The notes: generated from the sequence alone by a model not told the origin. Positions 1 to 11,689 are shown, counted from the stretch's first letter. The stretch is DNA of 64,000 bases from a bacterium (GCA_043803945.1 JAZDJN010000098.1:26947-90946); one strand, 5' to 3'. Program-made: numbers and translations.

Positions 1-401
1 CTCACCATGGAGGAGTAGGGGAGTATCTGTTGATGGCACTTTCCGTTGGTGTTGCTGCCGGTGGAATCTACTTCGCCTATATCGTCTATCAACGCCGCAC
101 TGACCTGGCAAATGCCCTCAAGTCGCGTTTTTCATTTTTCCATAAAGTGCTCTGGAATAAATACTATGTCGATGAAGTGTACGACGCCACTGTGGTTCGT
201 CCAACAGTGAAAATCTCCGAGGTGCTGCTTTGGAAAGGTGTCGATGTCGCTGTCATCGATGGCATCGTAAACGGTTCTGCTAAAGTCGTTGACTGGATTG
301 CATCGTGGTTGAGAAAAATTCAAACGGGAGTTGTGCAGATGTACGCGACAGTCTTTGTAGGAGGAATTGTCGTGATTTTGGTCTGGTTGCTCATCAAGTA
401 A
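1..401 (+). CDS. nuoL: NADH-quinone oxidoreductase subunit L, 3' part (truncated by window edge)
   Basis: C-terminal motifs NKYYVDEVYD, IDGIVNG, RKIQTGVVQMYA; directly upstream of nuoM; the frame is open from position 3. Confidence 0.92.
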   Translation, partial: HHGGVGEYLLMALSVGVAAGGIYFAYIVYQRRTDLANALKSRFSFFHKVLWNKYYVDEVYDATVVRPTVKISEVLLWKGVDVAVIDGIVNGSAKVVDWIASWLRKIQTGVVQMYATVFVGGIVVILVWLLIK

Positions 402-419
402 CAAATTGAAGTGTGCGGA

Positions 420-2015
420 ATGCTGACTGACTCCATTCTTTCCCTGACAATCTTTCTCCCGGCAGCGGGTGTGGCCGCTCTCTTTGCCGTGAAGAAAGAG
501 AATATCGAGCTTATCAAGAGCGTCGGATTTGGTGCGACGGTGTTGACGTTTCTGGTATCTCTTGCCCTGTTCTTCCGATTTGACATGCTTGCCGAGGGAT
601 TCCAATTTCAACAACGGATCCTCTGGATACCGTCATTGAATATCAGTTACTTTGTGGGTATCGATGGCATGTCGCTGCTTCTCATCCTTCTCACCACGTT
701 CCTAACTCCACTAGCACTGCTGGGAACATGGAACTCAATCACGCATCGCCTTCGTGAATACACGATGATGATCCTGTTGCTCGAAGTGGGTATGACCGGG
801 GTCTTCGCGGCGCTCGATCTCTTTCTCTTCTACATGTTTTGGGAAGCGATGTTGATTCCGATGTATTTCATCATCGGCATCTGGGGAGGCCCGGAAAGAG
901 TGTATGCTGCGGTAAAGTTCTTTCTCTTCACTCTCTTTGGCAGTTTGTTGATGCTTGTTGCAATCCTCTCTCTCGGATATTTCGCTTCGACGCTTCCGGG
1001 CGGTCAATTTACGACAAACCTTCTCGAGCTCTACAGCATTGCGCCCCAGGCGACGCTTGCCCTTCAGTCCTGGATGTTCCTGGCGTTTGCACTCAGCTTT
1101 GCTATTAAAGTCCCGCTCTTTCCGCTGCATACATGGCTGCCTGATGCGCACGTGCAGGCACCAACCGCTGGCAGTGTTATCCTGGCCGGCGTCCTGCTGA
1201 AGATGGGTACGTATGGACTAATCAGGTTTTGCCTTCCGTTGTTCCCAGATGCGGCGCTTCGCTTCACTCCACTTATGGCAACACTCGCGGTGATTGGCAT
1301 CATCTATGGCGGATTGGTGGCAATGGTTCAGACCGATATTAAAAAGCTTGTGGCCTACTCATCAGTTTCCCATCTGGGATTTGTTGTCCTCGGCATCTTT
1401 GCGATGACTGAGGAAGGCCTTCAGGGAGCCATTATCCAGATGATTAACCATGGACTCTCAACCGGAGCACTCTTTCTTTTGGTAGGAATGATTTACGATC
1501 GTGCCCACACCAGAACCATTTCCGATTTTGGAGGCGTGGCTAAGCTGATGCCTGTCTATGCAACATTCTTTATGATTGTTACACTCTCTTCAGTCGGCTT
1601 ACCCGGATTGAATGGATTTGTCGGAGAATTTCTTGTCCTCATCGGCAGTTTTCAATCTGCTATCCTGAATACGTATGTCTATACTGTTTTCGCCGGACTC
1701 GGAGTGATTATTGCAGCGGTCTATCTGTTCTGGATGTATCAACGGGTGATGTTTGGGCCAATCCGGGAGGGTGGACAGTACGGAGGTCATACACTTCAAG
1801 ATATTTCCTCTCGTGAGATTGCAGCACTTGTGCCGATTGCTCTCTTCATTGTATGGATCGGAGTTTACCCTTCGACATTTCTTAGAACATCAGCACCACT
1901 TGTAAAGAAAACTGTCCAGGTGATGGAGGGAGCCCGTCAAGGGAAGCAGATACGATTGGTCGAGGGAGAACAATTTAAGTCGCAATCTGCAGGAAGTACT
2001 CAACATAAACAATAG
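420..2015 (+). CDS. nuoM: NADH-quinone oxidoreductase subunit M
   Basis: Motifs FWEAMLIPMYFIIGIWG, KVPLFPLHTWLPDAHVQAPT, LKMGTYG, KKLVAYSSVSH; ATG at 420 preferred to GTG at 411. Confidence 0.95.
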   Translation: MLTDSILSLTIFLPAAGVAALFAVKKENIELIKSVGFGATVLTFLVSLALFFRFDMLAEGFQFQQRILWIPSLNISYFVGIDGMSLLLILLTTFLTPLALLGTWNSITHRLREYTMMILLLEVGMTGVFAALDLFLFYMFWEAMLIPMYFIIGIWGGPERVYAAVKFFLFTLFGSLLMLVAILSLGYFASTLPGGQFTTNLLELYSIAPQATLALQSWMFLAFALSFAIKVPLFPLHTWLPDAHVQAPTAGSVILAGVLLKMGTYGLIRFCLPLFPDAALRFTPLMATLAVIGIIYGGLVAMVQTDIKKLVAYSSVSHLGFVVLGIFAMTEEGLQGAIIQMINHGLSTGALFLLVGMIYDRAHTRTISDFGGVAKLMPVYATFFMIVTLSSVGLPGLNGFVGEFLVLIGSFQSAILNTYVYTVFAGLGVIIAAVYLFWMYQRVMFGPIREGGQYGGHTLQDISSREIAALVPIALFIVWIGVYPSTFLRTSAPLVKKTVQVMEGARQGKQIRLVEGEQFKSQSAGSTQHKQ

Positions 2016-2030
2016 AATCCTGATCACACA

Positions 2031-3458
2031 TTGAGAAAAAAACGGAATCAACATCTACTGGTTTTTATTGTTGTCGGAATTATCGTATTCATCTTTTTCA
2101 ATGTTACAGAACATGTTTTTGAAGCTGCAGAGATTCTTCCGGTAAGCAGTTGGCTTGTCACGCCATTCGTTCTTTTACTTGCTGCGATTGCCCTTGTGCC
2201 TTTTATCAACCGGCATTGGTGGGAGCATAACTATCAGTACATCTCTTATGCCCTGGGAGGAGCGGTGGTGCTCTATTATCTCTTCGGGTTGGGGAATGGA
2301 CCAAGAGTGCTGCTGACATTCTATGAGTATGTCAGTTTTATTTCACTCATCGGATCGCTCTTTGTGGTTTCCGGGGGCATCCATCTCAGGATTAGGGGCA
2401 AAGCCTCTCCCTGGGATAATGTTGCGCTTCTTGCCGTGGGTGCGGTGCTGTCCAATCTTCTGGGGACAACAGGCGCATCGATGATCCTCATTCGCCCGTA
2501 TCTCAGGGTGAATAGGTATAGAGTCAAACCTTACCATGTCGTCTTCTTTATTTTTGTGGTAAGCAATATCGGAGGGGCGTTAACACCAATTGGAGATCCA
2601 CCGCTTTTTCTCGGATATCTCAAGGGGATACCGTTCTTTTGGGTGATTACTCGGGTCTGGCATATCTGGTTGATAACGACAGGGCTTGTTCTCCTGGTCT
2701 TCTTCCTGATTGATTGGAGGGCTTTTCATAAACAGCGAAAATCAATTCAGCATCAGGCGATGGTACCGGATGAACCGGAGGCATCGGGACTCAATAATTT
2801 ATTATTCCTGGCCATCATTCTCGGTTCAGTGTTTATTCAGAGGCCGATTATGCTCCGGGAAATTCTCATGTGGAGTGCGGCATTCGCCTCCTATTACACG
2901 ACAAAGAAGGAGATTCACGAGAAGAACGAATTCAATTTCATTCCAATAAAAGAGGTTGCAATTCTGTTCATTGGAATTTTTGCGACAATGATTCCAGCGC
3001 TCGATTGGCTTGAACTGAATTCACAAACACTTGGCATCATTACTCCCGGCCAATACTATTGGGGTTCAGGAATTCTTTCGAGTTTTTTAGACAATGCTCC
3101 GACGTATCTAAACTTCTTAAGCGCAGCGTTCGGATTGCATGGTGCCAATGTCGATAATGTCCAGCATATGCAGGTGATACTCGGGTATGCAACGCCGCAA
3201 GCACTTGGCCTTCAAAATCCATTGCATCCGGGAGCATTTGAGGTCACAGCAGAGACCTGGAAATATATTCAAGCGATTTCACTTGGAGCAGTCTTCTTCG
3301 GAGCAAACACCTATATTGGGAACGGCCCGAACTTTATGGTAAAGTCGATTGCAGAGCACTCTGGAGTGAAAGTACCGAGTTTCTTCGGCTATATGATCCA
3401 ATACAGTATTCCGATTTTGTTACCGATATTTTTTATAGTCTGGCTATTATTCTTTTAA
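2031..3458 (+). CDS. Putative sodium:proton antiporter / ion-transporter (IT) superfamily membrane protein
   Basis: Polytopic; NIGGALTPIGDPPLFLG, SSFLDNAPTYL and TYIGNGPNFMVKSIAE motifs of CitMHS/NhaD-like IT transporters; start uncertain (TTG). Confidence 0.8.
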   Translation: MRKKRNQHLLVFIVVGIIVFIFFNVTEHVFEAAEILPVSSWLVTPFVLLLAAIALVPFINRHWWEHNYQYISYALGGAVVLYYLFGLGNGPRVLLTFYEYVSFISLIGSLFVVSGGIHLRIRGKASPWDNVALLAVGAVLSNLLGTTGASMILIRPYLRVNRYRVKPYHVVFFIFVVSNIGGALTPIGDPPLFLGYLKGIPFFWVITRVWHIWLITTGLVLLVFFLIDWRAFHKQRKSIQHQAMVPDEPEASGLNNLLFLAIILGSVFIQRPIMLREILMWSAAFASYYTTKKEIHEKNEFNFIPIKEVAILFIGIFATMIPALDWLELNSQTLGIITPGQYYWGSGILSSFLDNAPTYLNFLSAAFGLHGANVDNVQHMQVILGYATPQALGLQNPLHPGAFEVTAETWKYIQAISLGAVFFGANTYIGNGPNFMVKSIAEHSGVKVPSFFGYMIQYSIPILLPIFFIVWLLFF

Positions 3459-3473
3459 GGATGAACGAAGAGC

Positions 3474-4904
3474 ATGAATGTAACGACACACGACCTTTGG
3501 TATAGTGCACCACTCATCGCCCTTACAGCGTTGAGTCTTGTTACCCTTCTGTACGAATCTGGAAAACGTGGGGATTCCGCCGGGACATTCTGGCTTTCTC
3601 TCCTTTCTCTGGGCACTGCGTTTATCCTTTCAACATTCAATCTCGATGTTCGGCACATAGTCTTTGGCGGGATGATCCTTGCCGGTGGGTATGCGAACTA
3701 CTTCAATCTGGTCTTTCTCTCGTCAGGCATTGTTACGCTGATATTCTCACGAACCTATTTTGAAAAAGCTCAATACAGGCATGGAGAACTTTATGTTCTT
3801 CTCCAGTTTGCTATTATCGGCATGATGCTGATGGCTGCAGCCAATGACCTGATGATTGTATTCTTAGGAATCGAATTAATGTCGGTTTGCTTATACATAC
3901 TTGCCGGATTTCTGAGAAAGAAAGACCGGGGAAATGAAGCGGCTCTAAAATATTTTCTTCTCGGAGCATTTGCGACGGGCTTTCTACTCTACGGCATCGC
4001 CCTTGTCTATGGTACGGCAGGGACTACAAATTTTGATGGAATCGCTGCATTGAAGCAGCAATTACTCTCAAATACCATGTTCGTTATCGGTGCGGGGATG
4101 CTGGTTATCGCGTTTGCATTTAAAGTGTCGGCAGTACCGTTCCACATGTGGGCACCGGATGTGTATGAGGGTGCACCAACGCCGATTACCGCGTTTATGG
4201 CGACAGGAGCTAAGGCGGCAGCGTTTTCGATTTTTGTGACAGTGTTTATTCACACATTCGCGATTGAACATACCAAGCTTAATGAAGTCATCGCATTCAT
4301 TGCTGCAGCTTCCATGGTTGTTGGAAATATTATCGCGATTGCCCAGACTAACATCAAGCGGATGCTGGCCTATTCGAGCATTGCGCATGCCGGTTATATG
4401 CTCAGTGGTATAGCGGCAGGAAGCATTGAAGGCGAAATCGGTGTACTCTTTTATGTCGCTGCCTACACACTCATGAATGTCGGGGCGTTTGCAGTCGTAT
4501 CCTGGCTTGAGGGAATTAACGATCAGAAATTGACAGTCGACGATTATGCAGGATTGAGTACGCGTCAACCGCTTGTTGCTGCCCTTATGGCAATATTTCT
4601 CTTTTCTCTCGCCGGCATTCCGCCCTTTGCTGGGTTCTTTGGCAAATACTATGTGTTCCTCGCTGCCGTCAAAGCGGATATGGTTTGGCTAGCGATTGTC
4701 GGTGTACTGGCAAGCCTGGTGTCGGTTTACTACTATCTTAGAATCGTGGTCTTGATGTACTTCCGCGAAGGCAGCGCCGATATCGATAGTAAATTATCAG
4801 TGACCAGCGTTGGTGTGGTGACATTTCTGGCCGTGCTGCTCTTTCTGTTCGGTCTCTTTCCCTCCCTGGTTGTGAATCTGTTTAAAGGATTTCCCAACTT
4901 CTAA
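3474..4904 (+). CDS. nuoN: NADH-quinone oxidoreductase subunit N
   Basis: EAALKYFLLGA, FKVSAVPFHMWAPDVYEGAPT, KRMLAYSSIAHAGY, SLAGIPPFAGFFGK. Confidence 0.95.
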   Translation: MNVTTHDLWYSAPLIALTALSLVTLLYESGKRGDSAGTFWLSLLSLGTAFILSTFNLDVRHIVFGGMILAGGYANYFNLVFLSSGIVTLIFSRTYFEKAQYRHGELYVLLQFAIIGMMLMAAANDLMIVFLGIELMSVCLYILAGFLRKKDRGNEAALKYFLLGAFATGFLLYGIALVYGTAGTTNFDGIAALKQQLLSNTMFVIGAGMLVIAFAFKVSAVPFHMWAPDVYEGAPTPITAFMATGAKAAAFSIFVTVFIHTFAIEHTKLNEVIAFIAAASMVVGNIIAIAQTNIKRMLAYSSIAHAGYMLSGIAAGSIEGEIGVLFYVAAYTLMNVGAFAVVSWLEGINDQKLTVDDYAGLSTRQPLVAALMAIFLFSLAGIPPFAGFFGKYYVFLAAVKADMVWLAIVGVLASLVSVYYYLRIVVLMYFREGSADIDSKLSVTSVGVVTFLAVLLFLFGLFPSLVVNLFKGFPNF

Positions 4905-4915
4905 TCAGCGATGTC

Positions 4916-6487
4916 ATGGAAAAAGTTGTATCGGCAGAGGAAATGAGATGGTGCGACACGACCGCCATCAATCGTTTTGGAATTCCCGGCATGATCCTTA
5001 TGGAGAATGCAGGGAAGGGAGTTGTCGAATGCATGGTGCAGCGGTTCCCCCAACTCACCAAATCTCACATACTCGTTGTATGCGGAAAGGGAAATAATGG
5101 CGGTGATGGATTTGTGATCGCCAGACACCTCCTGAACAAGTGCCCGTATATTTCAGTAGTGATGATGGTGTCACCGGCTCATCTCACGGGCGATACGCTC
5201 CTCAATTATCAAATTCTCCGAAAAGTGCAAAAAGCAAATCCTCAGGAACTGGTAATTCAGCGGTACCATCACACCATACTCCGGACTCTGAGGTCTCCCG
5301 ATATCTTTGTCGATGCAATATTCGGAACTGGTTTCAGCGGATCGGTCAAGGCACCGACCGATGCAATGATCCGATGGATGAACGCTCAATCCTGCCCGGT
5401 GGTCTCGGTCGATATTCCTTCGGGGGTTCATGGAACCTCAGGGATAGTGGAAAACATCGCGGTTCGTGCAACGATGACGGTCACCATGGGATTGATGAAA
5501 ACTGGTTTACTCAGCAACCAGGGCCGCGATCATACTGGAGCAATTCAGGTGATTGATATTGGAATTCCAAAAACGGTTACGGGCTCCCCGAAATTACGAA
5601 CCGAGTTCGTTCGTGGAAACGACATTCATTCAGTTCTTCCGGTGCGTCCATCCACAGCGCATAAGTACAGCGTTGGGAAAGTCTTGGTACTGGCAGGAGC
5701 AAAGGGTTATACAGGTGCTCCGGCGCTCTGCGCTAATGCAGCTCTTCGCTCTGGCGCTGGTGCTGTAATACTCGGGACCCCTGAACCGATCTATCCCATT
5801 CTTGCGCGCAAGCTCACTGAGACGATTACTCTTCCTTTGCCGTCAACGTCCGATGGATCTCTCGCTTTAGAAGCATGGGATCTAGTTTCTGAAAAGTTGT
5901 CCTGGGCGGATGTGCTCGTCATTGGCCCCGGACTCTCCCGGCACGAAGCAACTCAGCAGCTTGTCCATCGGATCATCTCTTCCTGGAATGGGAGGATGGT
6001 GGTTGATGCGGACGCATTATTTGCCCTGGCGACACTGGGAAAGAAGAAATTAAAAGAACTCAAAGGTGAGCTTATCCTTACTCCGCACAGCGGAGAATTT
6101 AGCAAATTCATCGACCGGTCATCGAAGGAAATTGAAATTGACAGGATTGAAACCTGTCGTGAATTTGCTCAGAGCACCAAAACCACCCTTGTCTTAAAAG
6201 GAGCACCCACTGTAACCGGAACTCCGGATGGGATGATCTACATGAATTCAACCGGCAATCCCGGGATGGCAACCGTTGGATCAGGTGATGTGCTTGCGGG
6301 GATTATCGGTTCCTTATGGGCGCAGGGGATGGAAAGAAATCAAGCAGCTTACGCCGGAGTTTTCCTCCATGGCCTGGCCGGGGACTGTGCGAAAGTAAGA
6401 TTTGGTGAACGCAGCATCGTAGCTCAGGATCTCATCGACTTTCTCCCGGAAGCTGTGACATCAGTAGAATTCGGGGAAACGGTTTGA
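4916..6487 (+). CDS. nnr: Bifunctional NAD(P)H-hydrate epimerase/dehydratase (YjeF)
   Basis: LMENAG, CGKGNNGGDG, DIPSG (YjeF_N); HKYSVG, DADAL, LTPHSGEF, GNPGMATVGSGDVLAG (YjeF_C). Confidence 0.95.
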   Translation: MEKVVSAEEMRWCDTTAINRFGIPGMILMENAGKGVVECMVQRFPQLTKSHILVVCGKGNNGGDGFVIARHLLNKCPYISVVMMVSPAHLTGDTLLNYQILRKVQKANPQELVIQRYHHTILRTLRSPDIFVDAIFGTGFSGSVKAPTDAMIRWMNAQSCPVVSVDIPSGVHGTSGIVENIAVRATMTVTMGLMKTGLLSNQGRDHTGAIQVIDIGIPKTVTGSPKLRTEFVRGNDIHSVLPVRPSTAHKYSVGKVLVLAGAKGYTGAPALCANAALRSGAGAVILGTPEPIYPILARKLTETITLPLPSTSDGSLALEAWDLVSEKLSWADVLVIGPGLSRHEATQQLVHRIISSWNGRMVVDADALFALATLGKKKLKELKGELILTPHSGEFSKFIDRSSKEIEIDRIETCREFAQSTKTTLVLKGAPTVTGTPDGMIYMNSTGNPGMATVGSGDVLAGIIGSLWAQGMERNQAAYAGVFLHGLAGDCAKVRFGERSIVAQDLIDFLPEAVTSVEFGETV

Positions 6488-7269
6488 AACGACTATTACT
6501 GTATCAATTTCCCCCTGTTCTCTGGCTTCTTTGTATCGTAGTTCTTTCCACAATACGGATAACTCCGAGAATTCAAACACCGATCGCTCCTGACAAGCTT
6601 GCCCACGCCGGCATGTTCTTTGTACTCAGTCTTCTCATCTATCGATCCTTTTTTCATCAGGAACGGTTTAAGTTTCTGAAGAGGCATGCTATTCTGGCTG
6701 CATTCCTTTTTACAGTTGTGTATGGCATTCTGGATGAGTTGTATCAGCTCTATATTCCCTGGCGAACAGCGGATGTCTTCGATGCGATTGCCGATACCAT
6801 TGGAGCCTTTTTGTTCTCTTTCTTCATCATCATCTGGTGTTGGTTGAAAAAGTTCGAACGGTTCAGCCGCGTGCTGAAGTATCAGGTATCGCCGGTCCTT
6901 GGTATAGCGTGTATTCTGGCAACGCCTGCGTTGCATATCAAGATTGTGGAATGGAACATGCCATTCAGCATACAAAAGGCAATCGATATTGTCCTCTATT
7001 TTTTCTTGGCATATTTACTGCAACGCGCGTTCTACCATCAGAGTGTCTCCAAATTCTTAAGCAGGCATTCCATAGTATTTTCATTTCTGATGACGATTCT
7101 GATCAGTGCCGCGTCTATGTTGTATCTAAAAGAATCGCTGCAACCATTGCTTCGAATGAGAAATCACGTTGCGAGTATCGGTGGGGGACTTCTCTTCTCT
7201 CTCCTCTGGTATGGATGGATACGATTGAAGATGTTACTAGAGCACAAACAAGAGAACAGTTTGACATAA
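6484..7269 (+). CDS. VanZ-family membrane protein with a degenerate second VanZ-like half
   Basis: DKLAHAGMF...YGILDELYQLYIPWRTADVFDAIADTIG; the C-terminal half repeats the pattern (YFFLAYLLQRAFYHQ...KFLSRH). Confidence 0.75.
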   Translation: MKRLLLYQFPPVLWLLCIVVLSTIRITPRIQTPIAPDKLAHAGMFFVLSLLIYRSFFHQERFKFLKRHAILAAFLFTVVYGILDELYQLYIPWRTADVFDAIADTIGAFLFSFFIIIWCWLKKFERFSRVLKYQVSPVLGIACILATPALHIKIVEWNMPFSIQKAIDIVLYFFLAYLLQRAFYHQSVSKFLSRHSIVFSFLMTILISAASMLYLKESLQPLLRMRNHVASIGGGLLFSLLWYGWIRLKMLLEHKQENSLT

Positions 7270-7289
7270 CTGGAAAATCTCGCTATATT
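7261..7289 (+). promoter_or_regulatory. Sigma70-type promoter for tgt-yajC-ribBA
   Basis: TTGACA-17 bp-TATATT about 55 bp upstream of tgt. Confidence 0.6.
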
Positions 7290-7300
7290 TTCATTGTTAA

Positions 7301-8530
<1,230 letters not shown>

Positions 8531-8540
8531 GGAGAAAATA

Positions 8541-8834
8541 ATGGGAGAAGGTGGTAATCCGTTAGTGAGCGTGGGATTTCTTGTCATGCTCTTTGCAATA
8601 TTCTATTTTATGATCATTCGCCCTCAGAGCAAGCGGCAAAAAGATCGTCAGAAGATGCTGGATGCCGTGAAGAAGGGGGACAAAATTGTAACAGCGGGCG
8701 GTATTTATGCTACTGTCATTGGTGTTGAAGAGAAAACCGTTCTGGTTCAAATTGCTGATAATGTTAAAGTGAAGTTGGATCGGTCGGGCATCTCAACATT
8801 ACTCACAGACTCAACAGAGAAGCCTGCTGCATAA
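8541..8834 (+). CDS. yajC: Preprotein translocase subunit YajC
   Basis: FYFMIIRPQ...KKGDKIVTAGGI; canonical position after tgt; GAGGAG RBS. Confidence 0.95.
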   Translation: MGEGGNPLVSVGFLVMLFAIFYFMIIRPQSKRQKDRQKMLDAVKKGDKIVTAGGIYATVIGVEEKTVLVQIADNVKVKLDRSGISTLLTDSTEKPAA

Positions 8835-8861
8835 CCACACCGATGTGGAGAGAGTCGGTCA

Positions 8862-10097
8862 ATGAAAGAGAATCATCGGGCAGTTTTGAATTCGATCGAA
8901 GAGGCTATTGAGTCTCTTCAGCAGGGGAATGTCGTTATTGTGGTTGATGATGAAGACCGTGAGAATGAAGGTGACTTTGTTGCCGCAGCGGAGAAGGTGA
9001 CACCGGAAATTATCAACTTCTTCACTCGTGAAGGGCGCGGTATTGTCTGTACGCCCATCACGGCCGCGCGTGCTGAAGAACTGGATTTGGATTCCATGGT
9101 AGAAACGAATACTTCTCTCCATGAGACATCCTTCACCATCTCCATCGATTACATTCATGGCACTACGACTGGGGTCTCAGCAGCAGACAGAGCTGCAACA
9201 GTGAAAGCCCTCACAGAATCAAAGACACAACCGAGTGATTTTGCTCGCCCCGGACATATCTTTCCTCTCCGCGCAGCGGAAGGAGGCGTCTTACGCAGGA
9301 CAGGCCATACTGAAGCGGTCATCGATCTTTGTCGGTTGGCAGGATTGAATCCTGTTGGGATTCTCTGCGAAATACTGAATGATGATGGCACGATGGCCAG
9401 AGTACCGCAACTTCATCAGATTGCGAGAAAGTTCGATCTGAAGATGATTTCTGTCCGAAGCCTGATTGAATTCAGGATGCAGCGTGAAAAGCTTGTTCAT
9501 CAGACTGTTCAAACGCATCTTCCCTCGAAGTACGGCGATTTTCAGCTTTATCTCTATCGGAGCGACACCGATCACAAGGAGCATATGGCACTGGTCAAAG
9601 GTACAATTTCAAAGGATGTACCGACGCTGGTCCGTGTTCACTCCGAATGTCTGACCGGTGATGTTTTTGGATCATTGCGATGTGATTGCAATCAGCAACT
9701 GGTTGCGGCCATGGATATGGTAGAGAGGGACGGATGTGGCGTGGTACTCTATATGAGGCAGGAAGGTCGAGGTATTGGCTTATCGAATAAATTGAAAGCC
9801 TACCGTCTGCAGGACGAGGGGATGGATACGGTTGAGGCTAACGAGAAGCTCGGCTTTCGGGCGGATCTTCGCGACTATGGTATCGGCGCTCAGATCCTTC
9901 GTGATCTGGGAGTAGGGAAGATGCGCCTGATGACAAATAATCCGAAGAAGATTGTTGGCCTCGATGGTTATGGATTGCTGGTGGTTGAACGTGTACCGCT
10001 TGAAGTGCATCCCAATAATTATAATGAAAAATATTTGAAGTCGAAGAGAGATAAATTGGGACACTTGATCCTCATTGAGCAATCGGCACAGAAGTAA
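8862..10097 (+). CDS. ribBA: Bifunctional DHBP synthase / GTP cyclohydrolase II
   Basis: [30 protein letters not shown]...[19 protein letters not shown]. Confidence 0.97.
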   Translation: MKENHRAVLNSIEEAIESLQQGNVVIVVDDEDRENEGDFVAAAEKVTPEIINFFTREGRGIVCTPITAARAEELDLDSMVETNTSLHETSFTISIDYIHGTTTGVSAADRAATVKALTESKTQPSDFARPGHIFPLRAAEGGVLRRTGHTEAVIDLCRLAGLNPVGILCEILNDDGTMARVPQLHQIARKFDLKMISVRSLIEFRMQREKLVHQTVQTHLPSKYGDFQLYLYRSDTDHKEHMALVKGTISKDVPTLVRVHSECLTGDVFGSLRCDCNQQLVAAMDMVERDGCGVVLYMRQEGRGIGLSNKLKAYRLQDEGMDTVEANEKLGFRADLRDYGIGAQILRDLGVGKMRLMTNNPKKIVGLDGYGLLVVERVPLEVHPNNYNEKYLKSKRDKLGHLILIEQSAQK

Positions 10098-10245
10098 CCA
10101 TCGACCCTAGAAGTCTGAGCTGCCGCTAGAGTATTTATACTGGCGGGCAGGAGTGTCTTTGAGGCAGACTTTTCAATCAGGCTTGTTGCTGTTTTTATCT
10201 TGCGTCTATAATTAATTTATTCTACTTTGCTTTTGAAACAAGAAT

Positions 10246-10285
10246 AGCCACCATCCGGGATATTGTGATGATGGCTTTTCTTTTT
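10246..10285 (+). terminator. Terminator-like hairpin in the greA leader (possible attenuator)
   Basis: AGCCACCATC...GATGATGGCT stem then TTTCTTTTT, between a TATAAT box (10207-10212) and the greA start. Confidence 0.5.
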
Positions 10286-10325
10286 GCCTTATCATCATAG
10301 TTTTTTTAGTGAATTTGGAGGTAGA

Positions 10326-10811
10326 ATGGGAGAAAAGAGTAACGGGATAGTCTATCTATCGCGCGAGCGCCTGGTAGAGATTGAAATCGAACTTCGGGAG
10401 TTGAAAGTTCAGGGAAGAGCGGAGATGGCGCAAAAAATTGCAGAGGCACGCAGCTACGGCGATCTCAGCGAAAATGCCGAATACGATGCTGCGAAGGAAG
10501 CGCAACAGCATTTGGAATTGCGTATCGCTAAACTGGGAGAGACTCTTTCTCGAGCACGGATCGTCAATACCTCGGAATTGAAGAATGACAAAATTTATAT
10601 TCTTTCCCTTGTCAAGTTGAAAGATGTGGTAACGAAGGAGATCATTGAGTATCGACTCGTCGCTCCCGAAGAAGCCGATTTTGATAGAAATAAAATCTCC
10701 GTGACTTCACCGATTGGCAAGGGATTGATGGGGAAAACAGCAGGGGAGATCGTGAAGATAAAAGTGCCAGCGGGTTTTTTAGAGTATGAGATTCTGGAAA
10801 TCAGTAAATAA
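10326..10811 (+). CDS. greA: Transcription elongation factor GreA
   Basis: EARSYGDLSENAEYDAAK, ISVTSPIGKGL; GGAGG RBS before ATG at 10326. Confidence 0.96.
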   Translation: MGEKSNGIVYLSRERLVEIEIELRELKVQGRAEMAQKIAEARSYGDLSENAEYDAAKEAQQHLELRIAKLGETLSRARIVNTSELKNDKIYILSLVKLKDVVTKEIIEYRLVAPEEADFDRNKISVTSPIGKGLMGKTAGEIVKIKVPAGFLEYEILEISK

Positions 10812-10868
10812 ATAGTAAGGATTATTCGCACGTTGTAATTCTCTTCATATTCTCATACCGTAACAGAA

Positions 10869-11381
10869 ATGCCATCGAATTTAGAACTTAAAGCAATCTG
10901 TCCTTCGATATCAACAGCACGCCTTATTGCAAAAAACCTCGGTGCAACTTTTGGTGGGATTCTCCAACAGCGTGATACCTATCTCAATGGAGCATCAGGA
11001 AGAATCAAAATACGGGAGTTCGGTAACTCAGTGGGAGAATTGATCTACTATCGGCGTCCTGACCTCTGTGGAAATCGTTATTCCAATTATGATGTGGAAC
11101 CAGTAGCTCAAGTTGTCAAATTGAAGAGAATGCTAATAGGGGCATTTGGTGTCAAGATTGTGGTATTAAAGAAGCGGGAACTGTACCTCTTCGAGAATGC
11201 ACGTATTCATCTTGATAAGGTGCAAGATTTAGGGAATTTTATTGAGTTTGAAGTCATGAACCAACGAGGGGAAAAACAAACCGAACAACTTATGAAATTC
11301 CTCAGAACACAATTTGGGATCAGCGAAAAAGATATTATCTGTAGTTCGTATAGCGATCTCCTGCTTGCAAAGAAAGGCTAG
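10869..11381 (+). CDS. CYTH-domain protein (class IV adenylate cyclase/CyaB-like triphosphatase)
   Basis: N-terminal ExK-like NLELK, QRDTY, KKRELY, RIHLDKVQDLGNFIEFEV, SYSDLL. Confidence 0.85.
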   Translation: MPSNLELKAICPSISTARLIAKNLGATFGGILQQRDTYLNGASGRIKIREFGNSVGELIYYRRPDLCGNRYSNYDVEPVAQVVKLKRMLIGAFGVKIVVLKKRELYLFENARIHLDKVQDLGNFIEFEVMNQRGEKQTEQLMKFLRTQFGISEKDIICSSYSDLLLAKKG

Positions 11382-11434
11382 CATTCATTGGGATTTTCGA
11401 GAGAAAGGATTCTTTTCAGTAAAAAAATTATTAC

Positions 11435-11463
11435 TTGCCATGAGAAGAGTATTTTATTATATT
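11435..11463 (+). promoter_or_regulatory. Sigma70-type promoter of the tRNA cluster
   Basis: TTGCCA-17 bp-TATATT, 12 bp before tRNA-Gly, AT-rich upstream. Confidence 0.55.
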
Positions 11464-11475
11464 TTCACTGCCTAT

Positions 11476-11548
<73 letters not shown>

Positions 11549-11632
11549 CTGTCCTGATACTCGCAAGAGTTGAGGGACATCCGACAATCTTCAAAGCAAT
11601 AAGATTGGCGGAAGTACTTCCTCTATGAACTT

Positions 11633-11672
11633 GCCCCGTTGCCAATTTCTCCCACCAGGCAACGGGGTTTTT
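11633..11672 (+). terminator. Intrinsic terminator
   Basis: CCCCGTTGCC...GGCAACGGGG perfect 10-bp stem followed by TTTTT. Confidence 0.7.
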
Positions 11673-11689
11673 ATTCAGAGGAAGCATGG

